Of a stretch of 64,000 nucleotides of DNA, positions 1-10,368 are shown piece after piece. Source of the DNA: an uncultured Gemmatimonadales bacterium. Its GTDB lineage: Bacteria; Gemmatimonadota; Gemmatimonadetes; Gemmatimonadales; GWC2-71-9. Position numbers and translations under genes: made by a program. The notes beneath the pieces were generated by a model that made no database searches, had not been told where the DNA came from, and saw only the letters and a list, made by a program, of their open reading frames with translations. Where the stretch lies: assembly GCA_963844035.1 (NCBI GenBank), contig CAWJMT010000003.1:96001-160000 (forward strand), in the 5' to 3' direction. Position 1 is the stretch's first letter; each line of letters starts with the position of its first letter.

Positions 1-1
1 T

Positions 2-493
2 TTCCTCGGCGTTCGCTTCGCGGTCAACGTATTCATCGCCACGACCATCGTCTGGTTCGGTCTGCGGCTCGTCGGGGACAGCAACCCGATCTGGGCCATC
101 GCCTCCATGGTCGCGGCGGCGGATCCGGATCCTGAGGAGGCGCGCCGGATGTTCAAGAGCCGCCTCATCAACGTGCTGGTCGGCTGCACGGTGGGACTCG
201 TGTTCCTCGTGGTCGGCACGAGCCCCTGGGAGCTTCCTCTCGCGTTGGCCGTTACCGTGCTCATCTCCAGCTACGTCGTCCGCGTCAAGACGATGTGGCG
301 TCAGGGTCCGATCACGGCGGCGGTGGTCATCGCGGCGGCACTAACCAACGAATCGGCCGAGATCGGCATGCGGCAAGGCCTGCACAAAGTCGCCGAGGTC
401 ATCTTTGGGTGTCTCGTCGGGATGCTGGTGAGCGTATTCATGGCGCAACTGTGGCGCGCCCCGCCGCCGAAGGAAGGAGACACGGGCGCGTGA
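2..493 (+). CDS. FUSC / aromatic acid exporter family membrane protein, 5'-truncated by window edge
   Basis: Open frame from base 2; NPIWAIASMVAA, 'SRLINVLVGC' and 'EVIFGCLVG' helices typical of the family. Confidence 0.75.
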   Translation, partial: FLGVRFAVNVFIATTIVWFGLRLVGDSNPIWAIASMVAAADPDPEEARRMFKSRLINVLVGCTVGLVFLVVGTSPWELPLALAVTVLISSYVVRVKTMWRQGPITAAVVIAAALTNESAEIGMRQGLHKVAEVIFGCLVGMLVSVFMAQLWRAPPPKEGDTGA

Positions 494-554
494 ATCGCGC
501 GGGGACGTGCGTACCGCGATGATCTGCACATCAATCACCTGGGAGAAACGCGGC

Positions 555-1067
555 ATGCGAATCGGAATGCTGGGCGCCGTAGCGATGCTCGTGGCAATGC
601 CGGGTCGAGCGTGGGGACAGGGCTCCGGGGACGCGGGCCTCGAGACCTATGAGCTCACGATGCCGAACATTCGCAAGATGGCTGCCGCGTACGAACGGCT
701 GGACGCGGCGCTCACCGCCAACCCCTCGGTCGGCCGCAGCGTCGCGAGCGACGAGGGCGTCACCTCCGTGGCGGACGTGATTGCGAAGCTCGAGCGCGAG
801 CCGGTGGTCCACCAGGCGATTGCGGCGGCCGGAATCACCACGCGCGACATGGTGCTCACCCAGTTCGCCACGTTCACGGCGGCGGTGAACGACTTCGCGG
901 TGCGGTCCGGAGCGCCGGCGCCCACCGCGCCGGCGGCCGTTGCCAACCTGGAGTTGTTCCAGCAGAACCGGACCGAGCTCGACCAGATCACCGCGCGGCT
1001 GAAGCGGCTCCCGAGCTGGCAGGCGCTCCAGGCGGGGGAGGAGGGCGTGGAAGTGGAGGAGGACTAG
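555..1067 (+). CDS. Hypothetical secreted protein
   Basis: GGAGAA RBS, ATG 555, signal peptide ending AWG/Q, acidic tail. Confidence 0.65.
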   Translation: MRIGMLGAVAMLVAMPGRAWGQGSGDAGLETYELTMPNIRKMAAAYERLDAALTANPSVGRSVASDEGVTSVADVIAKLEREPVVHQAIAAAGITTRDMVLTQFATFTAAVNDFAVRSGAPAPTAPAAVANLELFQQNRTELDQITARLKRLPSWQALQAGEEGVEVEED

Positions 1068-1069
1068 AT

Positions 1070-1388
1070 GTGACGTTTTCCCTCTTCCAATCGAGCAGTC
1101 AATCGACGTTGGAGGTCGATCCGCTCCTGTCTTTGTTCACGGGCGTGCGCGTCGCGCTCTCACCGGCGTCGACCCACATGTATCTACACGGTTCCGTCGG
1201 CGTGTTCGCTCCCAGCGAGGAGGGGTCCGACCGCGGGGGGCGTCGGAATCGGCGTCGGGATTCGTAACCCCCGGGTGTTCGGGGAGATCGCCTACACGCA
1301 CGGGTTCGAGGCGCACGACAACGGGGGGCAAGTCGATGGCTTCGGCTACGGGTCGTTCCGATTTGGTGTCGTTCTCGGCTCTCGGTGA
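1070..1388 (+). pseudogene. C-terminal fragment of an outer-membrane beta-barrel-like protein, frameshifted in the G run near 1235-1240
   Basis: Two frames join as ...LFTGVRVAL..YLHGSVGVF / GVGIGVGIRNPRVFGEIAYTHGF...YGSFRFGVVLGSR*; alternating amphipathic strands; no signal peptide. Confidence 0.45.
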
Positions 1389-1669
1389 ATCTGCGGCGTC
1401 GTTCCTTCGCTATCGTCGTTTTCCTCCTTGCTCTCATCGTCTCTGCCGCGGCCTTCAACCGGATGGACAGCGTGCCCGGTCTCATTGTGATAGCGCCTGG
1501 CTACCTGGTACAGGCATGGCTGTTCGAGCGGAATTGGGCGTTAGGCGGGGCCGGCTATCGGGCAACGATGATCGGGGTGTCGGCACTGTTTTGGACCCTG
1601 TTTGTCCTGACGCGCCGTATGGTCAGTCCGCTGGCTTGCATCCCGGGTGTTGCGTGGGCGCGGCCCTAA
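1385..1669 (+). CDS. Small hypothetical membrane protein
   Basis: GTGA overlap with upstream stop; three hydrophobic segments. Confidence 0.5.
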   Translation: MNLRRRSFAIVVFLLALIVSAAAFNRMDSVPGLIVIAPGYLVQAWLFERNWALGGAGYRATMIGVSALFWTLFVLTRRMVSPLACIPGVAWARP

Positions 1670-1775
1670 CCAAGTCTCGGGCCGCGATGGTGGGACCTTC
1701 GAGCAGATGCGAGCGGGGTGCAAAGCGGCGACGTATACTCGGAGGAAGTCACTGTCGTCCTGCGCGAGGTAGCCG

Positions 1776-2276
1776 ATGCCCACTATTTGCCGCCTGATCC
1801 AGTTGGCACCGGCAGAATGTGAGGCGCTCCGGGCGGACCCTGGGAGCCTCACGGAGTGCGTGGCCGAGGCAAAGGTGCACTCGGACGTGTATCGCTATTG
1901 GGATGGCATTCAATTTCTGCTCAGCCGCCACAGTCCCGATAGCGTGGCTGCTCAGTGGCTCGACCTTGGCCGGCCAATTCGTAGTCCCGATCCGTCTCTT
2001 CCCGACGACCGCCTCATCCTTCCTCCCGACGTCGCGGCGCTCGATGCGGCGCTCAGAGACGTGGCGCCGGATGATCTAGCGGCGCACTACGATGCCGGCG
2101 CAATGGATGCCGACAATATCTATCCCGGAACGTGGCAGGTGTGGGAGGAGAACTTCGATCCGCTGGGCCAGGTACTGGAGCACTATTTCTTCCTGCAGCA
2201 ATTCGTTGCGCGATGCGCGGGGGCACAGGAAGCGCTCTTGCTGCACTTCGACGCCCTGGCTGAAGGCAGCGTGTGA
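1776..2276 (+). CDS. DUF1877 (YfbM-like) protein
   Basis: WDGIQFLL, 'M..DNIYP..W', 'L.QFV' pattern; GAGG RBS. Confidence 0.75.
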   Translation: MPTICRLIQLAPAECEALRADPGSLTECVAEAKVHSDVYRYWDGIQFLLSRHSPDSVAAQWLDLGRPIRSPDPSLPDDRLILPPDVAALDAALRDVAPDDLAAHYDAGAMDADNIYPGTWQVWEENFDPLGQVLEHYFFLQQFVARCAGAQEALLLHFDALAEGSV

Positions 2277-2368
2277 CTGGGCCCGAGATCCTGCCCTTTG
2301 GTGCACCTTCCCCGGGGACGCGGGGTCAGTATTTTGGGGGTCAGTTATCCCCAACCCAGGAGACTTGC

Positions 2369-2926
2369 ATGACCCGTACGATTCAGGCCGCAGCGTTGCT
2401 CGCCATCGGTGCCTTCCTCTTGATGCCCGTTTCGATGGCCGCCCAGGGGGCACCGCGCCCGGCCAGTCAGCCCGCGGCCGCTCCCGCTACCGCTCCCGCT
2501 ACCGCGGCGCCCACGATGGCCTCGGATGAGGACATCCAGATGCTGCGCGCGGACATCCGCGCCAAGCGGAAACAGATCGTGGCGGCAAACATGACGCTGA
2601 CCGCGGACGAGGCCACCCGGTTCTGGCCGCTGTTCGACCAGTACACGGGTGAGGTGAGGAAGATCAACGATACGCGCTGGGAGATGATGAAGGAGTACGC
2701 CGCGGCAAAAGGAAATCTGACTGACGCGCAGGCGTTGGATCACATGAAGAAGTCGGCCGCCGTCGACGCCGAGCTGGTCGCGCTCCGGACCAAGTACATG
2801 CCGCAGTTCGAGAAGCTGATCCCGGCCAAGAAGGTCGTGGTGCTGTATCAGCTCGACCGCCGGATGGACTTGCTCATGAATCTGCAGATCGCGCAGCTCA
2901 TTCCGCTGGTCGATCCGACGCGCTAA
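2369..2926 (+). CDS. Secreted helical protein (Spy/CpxP-like 'LTADEA.RFWPL' family)
   Basis: AGGAG RBS, signal peptide, Ala/Pro linker, 'RKQIVAANMTLTADEATRFWPLFDQY'. Confidence 0.7.
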   Translation: MTRTIQAAALLAIGAFLLMPVSMAAQGAPRPASQPAAAPATAPATAAPTMASDEDIQMLRADIRAKRKQIVAANMTLTADEATRFWPLFDQYTGEVRKINDTRWEMMKEYAAAKGNLTDAQALDHMKKSAAVDAELVALRTKYMPQFEKLIPAKKVVVLYQLDRRMDLLMNLQIAQLIPLVDPTR

Positions 2927-2949
2927 CGGGGCGGAACGGAAAGCACACT

Positions 2950-2979
2950 GGGGCGCCCGGCCATGCGGGGCGCCCCTTC
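2950..2979 (+). terminator. GC hairpin, possible intrinsic terminator
   Basis: GGGGCGCCC...GGGCGCCCC inverted repeat 24 bp after stop; weak T tract. Confidence 0.45.
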
Positions 2980-3080
2980 GACTATCAGGCGGGTGAAGGT
3001 GGCGGCGCGGCGCCGTCACAGTAGAATAGCGGGTGTGCGCCAGCATCCTTCGGTACCCTCGCTATCGTTTTCTCGTCGAG

Positions 3081-3731
3081 ATGACGTGCTGCCACCGCTG
3101 CGACGCGGCGGAGCAATTCGATGACCGGATCGCCCGGCGCGATCTGCGACGGTTCCGCCGTCGCGGCCCCGACGCGCCGACGCAACGGCTGATTGAGGGC
3201 GTGCTGAGCCGTCCTGTTCCCGCCGCAGGATCGCTCCTCGACATCGGTGGCGGCATCGGCGCCATTCATCATGCGCTGCTCGATAAGGGATTCGCGAGCG
3301 CCACGCATGTCGACGCGTCCCAGGCCTATCTCAGCGTTGCCGCCAACGAGGCTCAGCGGTTGGGGCACGGTACGCGGGTGCAGTTCCAACTCGCGGATTT
3401 CCCGAACGATGCGGCCGGCGTGCCGGCAGCCGACGTCGTCACCCTTGATCGGGTGGTTTGTTGCAATCCTGACTACGTCGCGATGTTGAGCGCCGCTGCC
3501 GGCCACGCCCGCCGCCTGCTCGCCTTCAGCTATCCGCGCAACCGTCTGCTCACGAGGATCGTGGTCGCAACTGCCAACGGGTTTCGTGGCATGCTGCGCC
3601 GGCCATTCAGGGCGTATGTGCACCCCCCGGCTGCGATGAGGGCAGAGGTTGAGGCCACCGGGATGCGCCTCGGCTGGACCGGTGGCACCTGGGTCTGGGC
3701 CGTCGAGATCTATGAGCGCACGGCCTGCTGA
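3081..3731 (+). CDS. Class I SAM-dependent methyltransferase with Cys-rich N-terminus
   Basis: LLDIGGGIG motif I, 'ADVVTLDRVVCC.PD'. Confidence 0.85.
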   Translation: MTCCHRCDAAEQFDDRIARRDLRRFRRRGPDAPTQRLIEGVLSRPVPAAGSLLDIGGGIGAIHHALLDKGFASATHVDASQAYLSVAANEAQRLGHGTRVQFQLADFPNDAAGVPAADVVTLDRVVCCNPDYVAMLSAAAGHARRLLAFSYPRNRLLTRIVVATANGFRGMLRRPFRAYVHPPAAMRAEVEATGMRLGWTGGTWVWAVEIYERTAC

Positions 3732-4233
3732 CCTCGGAGCGACGCTGCTCGCCGCGTGGCGGACGAACAACCGGGTCACCGTCGCCCTGGTCCAGCAGCT
3801 GCCGGCCGCACTGTGGGATGTCGCCGTGCCTGGGCGCACGATTCGCGCGATCGCGGCCCACCTGCACAACGCCCGCTGCATGTGGATCAAGACGCTGGGG
3901 CGCGAGCACGGGATCACCACGCCCACTCGCGTCGATCACGCCCGCGTCACGCGCCGGCAGCTCGTCGCGGCGTTGAAGCGCAGCAGCGAGGGGATCGAAG
4001 CGTTGCTCAAGTTGGGCCTCGCTGCGGGTGGTCAGGTGCCACCATCCAAGGGGTATGTGTGGCGCAACCTGTCGCTCGACGTGGCCCATGTGCTCACCTA
4101 CTTCGTGGCGCATGAGGGTCATCACCGTGGTCAAATCGTCATGGTGGCCCGCCAGACCGGGCACCGGTTGACCCCTGCGGCCGCGGGTGCGTTGTGGCGA
4201 TGGAAGACCGACGCGATAAAGCGGCGGCGCTGA
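3712..4233 (+). CDS. DinB/YfiT family protein
   Basis: 'AAHLHNAR' and 'HEGHHRGQI' His triad. Confidence 0.85.
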   Translation: MSARPADLGATLLAAWRTNNRVTVALVQQLPAALWDVAVPGRTIRAIAAHLHNARCMWIKTLGREHGITTPTRVDHARVTRRQLVAALKRSSEGIEALLKLGLAAGGQVPPSKGYVWRNLSLDVAHVLTYFVAHEGHHRGQIVMVARQTGHRLTPAAAGALWRWKTDAIKRRR

Positions 4234-4265
4234 CGCCGCCCCGAGTTGGCAACGAGGTGGTACGC

Positions 4266-5057
4266 GTGGCCCCTGATGTGTGGGATGACGGTTCCAGGTA
4301 CGAGCCGTATATCGGGCGGTGGAGTCGGCTCGTGGCGGCCGAGTTTCTTCGCTGGTTGGCTGTCCCCGCCGGCGCCGCGTGGTGCGACTTTGGCTGCGGG
4401 ACCGGGGCGCTCACGCAGGCGATCCTGGCTGACTGGCAGCCACGGCTGGTGATCGGGTGTGATCGCTCCACGGGATACATCACGTTTGCCCGCGACCATA
4501 CGCGCGATCCGCGCGCCGAGTTCGTCGTCGCCGAGCTCCCCGACCTGCCGCGACGCGAGGGTGGGTTCGATGCCCTCGTCTCCGGACTGGTGCTCAACTT
4601 CCTGCCGACTCCCAGTGATGCAGTTCAGGCGTTAGCGGCCCGGGCGCGACACGGGGCGACGGTGGCCGCCTACGTCTGGGACTACGCCGACGGCATGCAG
4701 ATGTTGCGCGTCTTCTGGGACGCGGCCATTACGCTGGACGCGGGCGCGCGGCCGCTCGCCGAGGGCGTGCGGTTCCCGCTGTGCCGGCCGGAGCCGCTCG
4801 GGGAGCTGTTCCAGACGGCGGGCCTGCGCCAGGTGGAAGTCGAGCCGATCGTGGTTGCGACGGTGTTCCGAAACTTTGACGACTACTGGACGCCCTTCCT
4901 CGGGGGCCAGGCACCTGCTCCGGGATACGCCCGGGGCCTCACGCCTGAGCGGCGCGCACTGCTTCGGGATCGCATCCGGGAGCGCCTTCCCATCGCGCCC
5001 GACGGGTCGATTCCTCTCAGTGCCCGGGCCTGGGCGGTGAGAGGGATTGTTGCGTGA
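4266..5057 (+). CDS. Class I SAM-dependent methyltransferase
   Basis: 'YEPYIGRWSR', DFGCGTG, 'SGLVLNF', 'AYVWDY'; start approximate. Confidence 0.88.
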   Translation: MAPDVWDDGSRYEPYIGRWSRLVAAEFLRWLAVPAGAAWCDFGCGTGALTQAILADWQPRLVIGCDRSTGYITFARDHTRDPRAEFVVAELPDLPRREGGFDALVSGLVLNFLPTPSDAVQALAARARHGATVAAYVWDYADGMQMLRVFWDAAITLDAGARPLAEGVRFPLCRPEPLGELFQTAGLRQVEVEPIVVATVFRNFDDYWTPFLGGQAPAPGYARGLTPERRALLRDRIRERLPIAPDGSIPLSARAWAVRGIVA

Positions 5058-5096
5058 GAGACGTCAACTCTCCCATTGCGCAGCAAGGAGATTGGT

Positions 5097-5414
5097 ATGG
5101 AGATCCATGAATTGGCGCGCTACGAGGTGCGAGCGGACGCGCTCGAGGAGTGCCTCGCGGCGATCCACGAGTTCGTCGCCTACGTACGCTCGAGCGAGCC
5201 CGGTGCGCTGCGCTACGAGGTGTGGCAGGAATCGGGGCACCCGACGCGCTTCGTCCACATCTTCGTGTGGCGCGACGCAGAGGCGAACCGCATCCATGGA
5301 GAATCAGCGGCAGTCAAGAAGTTTGCCGGGATCCTGTACCCCAGGTGCCTGGCGCCCGTTGAATTCATCGAGTACAAGCAGGTCGATGCCAATGCGGCGT
5401 TCCGGCGTGTCTAG
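5097..5414 (+). CDS. ABM / putative quinol monooxygenase
   Basis: 'SEPGALRYEVWQ', 'H.ESAAVKKF'; AAGGAG RBS. Confidence 0.8.
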   Translation: MEIHELARYEVRADALEECLAAIHEFVAYVRSSEPGALRYEVWQESGHPTRFVHIFVWRDAEANRIHGESAAVKKFAGILYPRCLAPVEFIEYKQVDANAAFRRV

Positions 5415-5487
5415 TTCGAGCTGGGGGCCCTACCGCGAGCCGCTGCGCGTTCTGGCGGCGCGGTGCCCTCGAGGCAAGATTGCACGC

Positions 5488-5934
5488 ATGTCTCACCTCT
5501 TGCGTCGTCTGGCCGTCCTCGGACTTGTCGCGGCGTGCGCGCCTGACGGAATTCCCGAACCACCCAGCGGGCTACCCTACTCGGCAGCGACACCCGCCTG
5601 CGGGCCCGCGGACGGTCCGGCGGTCGCGATCTATCTCTCCCCCAACCCCGTCACCTCGTTGGAGCCGGCGACCCCATTCGTCCACGTGGCAGTGTGGCAG
5701 CCGCTCGACCGTCTCGAGGACCAGTCCTGGACGCTCGGCGCAGGTGCGGGAACGGCCTCGTACTTCTCGACCCCCAACGAGCTCGAAAGCGCGACCGCCG
5801 GGTCGGTGACGGTCAGTGCCGTCGATCCCGATTCGACGGTACGGGGCTCGGTCGAGCTCACGTTCCCGACGCACGGCAAGATCGCGGGCGGGTTCCAGGC
5901 GCACTGGATCCCCGTTGCGCTTCGCTGCGGGTAG
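5488..5934 (+). CDS. Hypothetical lipoprotein
   Basis: Lipobox VAAC; 'CGPADGPAV' and terminal CG suggest a disulfide. Confidence 0.7.
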   Translation: MSHLLRRLAVLGLVAACAPDGIPEPPSGLPYSAATPACGPADGPAVAIYLSPNPVTSLEPATPFVHVAVWQPLDRLEDQSWTLGAGAGTASYFSTPNELESATAGSVTVSAVDPDSTVRGSVELTFPTHGKIAGGFQAHWIPVALRCG

Positions 5935-5997
5935 TCGCAGAGACGTAGACACGTAGGGCCCGCCGCTACTCTCCTTTCCGTTCACCGCTCGTAGCAG

Positions 5998-6042
5998 CAC
6001 CAAAGTGCTATGTGGGGTTGTGGTCGCCCGATGCATACTCGG
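5998..6042 (+). promoter_or_regulatory. Copy 1 of a 45-bp duplicated intergenic element with -10-like CATACT (6034-6039)
   Basis: 33/45 ungapped identity with 13387-13431; first 22 nt are 20/22 identical. Confidence 0.6.
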
Positions 6043-6046
6043 TGCA

Positions 6047-7301
6047 ATGGGAAACGCCCCCGCGAATAGAGTTCTGGCGACACGCAGACCGGTGACGGCC
6101 GTCTGCCGCACGTAAGCAAGCCAGCGCTCCTGTCGGAGCGGCCGGACTTCTCGCTGGTGCTCGGGGGTCCGCTGTTTCAGCTCCTCCGGCGCGCCCGTCT
6201 GAGCGGCAATGCGCTGGAGCTGCTGCAGCGCCGCATGATCGTCATCTCGTGCGTCGCCTGGGTGCCGTTGTTGCTGTTGTCGCTGGCGGCGGGCCACGCC
6301 CTCGGCGGCACCCTCGAGATTCCGTTCCTTTACGACGTCGAAGCCCATGCCCGCTTCCTGATCGCGCTCCCGCTGCTCATCGCGGCCGAGCTGGTCGTCC
6401 ATATGCGGATGCGCCCCGTCGTCGTGCAGTTCTTGGAACGCCGCATCATTGCGGATGAAGAAATGCCGAAGTTCCGCGCGGCGATTGAATCCACGCTGCG
6501 GCTGCGCAACTCCCTTGTGGGAGAAGTGAGTCTGGCGGTGGTGGTCTACTCAGTAGGCATCTGGGTCTGGCGCAGCCGGTCCGCCATCGCGACCGCCAGC
6601 TGGTATGCCATCCCGGGCGCGAATGGGATGGAGCCCACCTGGGCCGGATATTGGTACGTCCTCGTGAGCGTCCCGATCTTTCAGTTCATCGTGCTGCGAT
6701 GGTATCTGCGGTTTTGCCTCTGGTTCTGGTTCCTGTGGAAGGTCTCCCGGCTCAACCTGCGGCTGATTCCCATCCACCCCGACCGGACCGCCGGGCTGAG
6801 CTTTCTCGCCAACAGCACCAACGCCTTCGTGCCGATTCTGTTCGCCCAGGGCGCGTCGCTCGCCGGCATGGTCGCCAACCAGATCTTCTACGCCGGACAG
6901 ACGCTGCCGGACTTCAAGGCGGAAATCGCCGCCTTCGTGGGCTTTTTCGTCGTCGCGATCCTGACCCCGCTGACGGTGTTCGCTCCGCAGCTGGCGCGCA
7001 TCAGACGCCAGGGGCTGCGCGAGTTCGGCAAGCTGGCGAGCCGGTACGTGGACGAGTTCGAGGCGAAGTGGATGCAACGACCGGGCGACAGAGGGGGAGC
7101 TGTTGGGGAGCGGCGACATCCAGTCGCTCGCCGACCTGGGCAACAGCTATGCCCCCATCCAGGAAATGCGCTTCGTGCCGTACGGAATGAAGGACGTCAC
7201 GCGGCTTGCGGTGGCTGCGGCTGCTGCCGCTGCTGCCGTTGACGCTGACGATGTTTTCAGTGGAACAGGTGGTGGCGCAGCTGGTCAAGGTGTTGTTGTG
7301 A
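6047..7301 (+). CDS. Conserved multi-pass membrane protein, apparent frameshifts near 6065, 7085 and 7220
   Basis: 'FSLVLGGPLFQL', 'HPDRTAGLSF', then 'LLGSGDIQSLADLGNS' and 'PLLPLTLTMFS..LVKVLL*' in other frames; main ORF 6157-7242. Confidence 0.7.
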
Positions 7302-7320
7302 CAAACTCTTGGGAGGGGCA

Positions 7321-9743
7321 ATGAGAACGCTGGTCGATTCCGTCAAGAAGGGCGTGATGCTTGCCGCGGTCGACTTCGCTGGTCGCAGGCTCGGCCTGGG
7401 CCCAGGCGCCGGCCAAACCGGCGCCCAAGCCCGCGGCGAAGCCGGCCGCCAAGCCGGCGGCGAAGCCCGGCCGGGATCGATCGGACGGTCTTGCCGATCG
7501 CCGAGCCGATCTATCCGCGGTCCACGGTGCTCGATGCGCGCGATGCCAAGGCGCCGCCGCGCTTCGAGGTGAAGGCGCCCGCGGGCGCGCCCAACGTGAT
7601 CATCTTCCTGATCGACGACATCGGGTTCGGCCATGCGGCGACGTTCGGCGGCGGCATCCCGATGCCGACGCTCGATCGGCTCGCGGGAACGGGGCTCAAG
7701 TACAACCGCTTCCACACGACGGCGCTCTGCTCGCCGACGCGCGTGGCGATCCTCACCGGCCGCAACCACCACACCAACAACGCCGGCGCGATCATGGAGC
7801 TCGCGACCGCGTTCCCGGGGAACACCGGCGTGCGGCCGCAGAGCGTCACACCCCTGGCCGAGATCCTGCGCCAGAACGGCTACAGCACGGCGGCGTTCGG
7901 GAAGTATCACGAGACGGCGCCGTGGGAGGTGAGCGTGTCGGGGCCGTTCGATCGCTGGCCCACGCACTCCGGGTTCGACAAGTTCTACGGCTTCATCGGC
8001 GGCGAGACCAATCAGTGGGCGCCGCTGATCATCGACGGCACCGTCAAGGTGGAGGTGCCGCACGACCCGAACTACCACTTCACCACCGACATGACGAACC
8101 AGGCGATCGCCTGGATCCGCACCCAGCAGTCGCTGACGCCCGACAAGCCGTTCTTCACCTACTTCGCGACCGGCGCGACCCATGCGCCGCATCACGTGCC
8201 GAAGGACTGGATCGCCAAGTTCAAGGGCCAGTTCGACGGCGGCTGGGACAAGTACCGCGAGGCGACCTTCGCGCGGCAGAAGCAGCTCGGCATCATCCCG
8301 CCCGACACCAAGCTCGCGGCCAAGCCCGCCGACATCAAGGACTGGGACGCAGCTGACGGCGGACGAGAAGCGGCTGTTCGCGCGGCAGATGGAAGTGTTT
8401 GCGGCGTTCGCCGCGCACACCGACTACGAGATCGGCCGGGTCGTGCAGGCGATCGAAGACATGGGCGAGCTCGACAACACGCTGATCTTCTACGAGGTGG
8501 GGGACAACGGCGCCAGCGCCGAAGGCGGCATGGTCGGGATGTTCAACGAGATGACGTACTTCAACGGCGTCGCGGAAGACGTGCCCACCATGCTCAAGAG
8601 CATCGACAAGTGGGGCGGGCCCGAGACGTTCCCGCACATGGCGGCGGGGTGGGCGGTGGCCGGCAATACGCCGTTCATGTGGACCAAGCAGGTGGCCTCG
8701 AACTTCGGCGGCACCCGCAATCCGCTGGTGATCAGCTGGCCGAAGCGGATCAAGGCCAAGGGCGAGATCCGCAGCCAGTTCCAGCACGTGGTGGACATCG
8801 CGCCGACGGTGCTCGAGGCGGCGGGGATTCCGGAGCCGAAGACGGTGAACGGGGTGGTGCAGACGCCGATGGAAGGCGTCAGCATGGTCTACACGTTCGA
8901 CGCACCCAAGGCGGTCGGGCCGCCACAAGACGCAGTACTTCGAGATGGCCGGCAACCGCGCCATCTACAGCGACGGCTGGGTGGCGGCCACGGTGCACAA
9001 GGCGCCGTGGGAAGCCGCGCCGCGCCACAAGCTCACCGAGGATGTGTGGGAGCTGTACAACGTCGACGCGGACTTCAGCGAGAGCACCGACCTCGCGGCC
9101 GGCAATCCCGCCAAGCTGAAGGAGCTGCAGGCGCTGTTCATGAAGGAGGCCGAGCGCTATCGCGTGCTGCCGATCGACGATCGGACGCTCGAGCGATTCG
9201 ACCCCAACATCGCGGGCCGTCCCGACCTGATGGGCGGCCGCAAGTCGCTCACGGTCTATGCGGGGATGACCGGGATGATGGAGAACGCCTTCATCAACGT
9301 GAAGAACCAGTCGGTGACGATCACCGCCGACGTGGAGATCCCCGCCGGCGGCGCGAACGGCGTCATCCTGGCCCAGGGCGGGCGCTTCGGGGGTTGGAGC
9401 GTCTACGTGAAGGACGGCAAGCCGGCCTACACCTACAACCACGTCGGCCTGCACGAGTACACGGTCACGGGCACCCAGGCGCTGGCGCCGGGCAAGGCCA
9501 CGATCGTGGTCGACTTCGCCTACGACGGCAACGGCCGCGGCAAGGGCGGCACCGCCACGATTACGGTCAACGGCAAGAGCGGCGGGATCAGGGCGCGTCG
9601 AGCCCACCAATGCGAACGTCTTCTCGGCCGACGAGGCCGCCGACGTGGGCGTGGACGAAGGGACCAACGTGAGCTCGGCGTACGGCCAACGCGGGAACGA
9701 GTTCACCGGCACGATCGACAAGGTGCGGGTGGACGTGAAATAA
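7321..9743 (+). CDS. Exported arylsulfatase (FGly type) with C-terminal LamG-like domain; about 5 apparent frameshifts (near 7370, 7472, 8349, 8917, 9583)
   Basis: 'PNVIIFLIDDIGFG', CSPTR FGly motif, 'FGKYH', 'GATHAPHH', 'GDNGAS', 'HVVDIAPT', 'WELYN'. Confidence 0.9.
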
Positions 9744-9749
9744 GGACGC

Positions 9750-10000
9750 GGTATGCCATCCCCAGCACCGAGCTCGCGAAGCAGTTCTTCGTAATCGATT
9801 CGAAACAGGGTTCAGGCTGCGTCGTCGCGCATGATCTCGCGGTACGCGGTGGGTTGCTCGAAGCCCTGCAAGCGCGCCTTCCTGGGGTCAACAACGAGGC
9901 GGTGATTGCCGCGATGGTGTCGGTCGAGAATCGCACGTTTACCATCTGGGAAGCACCGGACAGTGCCCCCGACGCTGGCGGGGCGGGTGGTTCAAGGTAG
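9750..10000 (+). pseudogene. Start-less C-terminal fragment of a hypothetical protein
   Basis: Protein-like frame 'GCVVAHDLA..GLLEALQARLPGVNNEAVIAAM.S.ENRTFTIW' with no in-frame start or RBS for its 5' part. Confidence 0.4.
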
Positions 10001-10025
10001 AATTCCAGCAGCCTGGGAGGCACCC

Positions 10026-10352
10026 GTGAAATTCAAGCACCGCGCCTGGATACCGATCGCCTGGATCCTGTCCGTCGTGAATTTTGTCTCCGTATTTTTT
10101 GCCGCCCGGCCGGCCGAGCCGTGGCATGCGACGATCCATGCCGGGCTCGCCGTCCTGTTCGCCCTCGGCGCGCAACGGCTGGCGGCGCGGCGTCGCGCGA
10201 GCGGGCCGGGGGAACTCGAGACGGGCGAGTCGCACGAGTCTCTGTCGGACATGCAAGCTCGCCTGGGCGAGATGGAAGAGCGTCTGGACTTCACCGAGCG
10301 GCTGCTCGCCAAGCACCGCGAGACGGACCGCCCGGGCTCCCCGCCGCGCTGA
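10026..10352 (+). CDS. Small membrane protein with C-terminal coiled coil
   Basis: GGAGG RBS, GTG start, two TM helices, 'EMEERLDFTERLL'. Confidence 0.75.
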   Translation: MKFKHRAWIPIAWILSVVNFVSVFFAARPAEPWHATIHAGLAVLFALGAQRLAARRRASGPGELETGESHESLSDMQARLGEMEERLDFTERLLAKHRETDRPGSPPR

Positions 10353-10368
10353 GTTCGTCGTCATCTCC

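Noticed and set aside
3081..3731. bchM / photosynthesis gene
   Set aside because: Only generic methyltransferase similarity; no bch, puf or crt genes nearby
8945..10000. 351-aa ORF as an independent gene
   Set aside because: It is the sulfatase C-terminal part running out of frame into a downstream remnant
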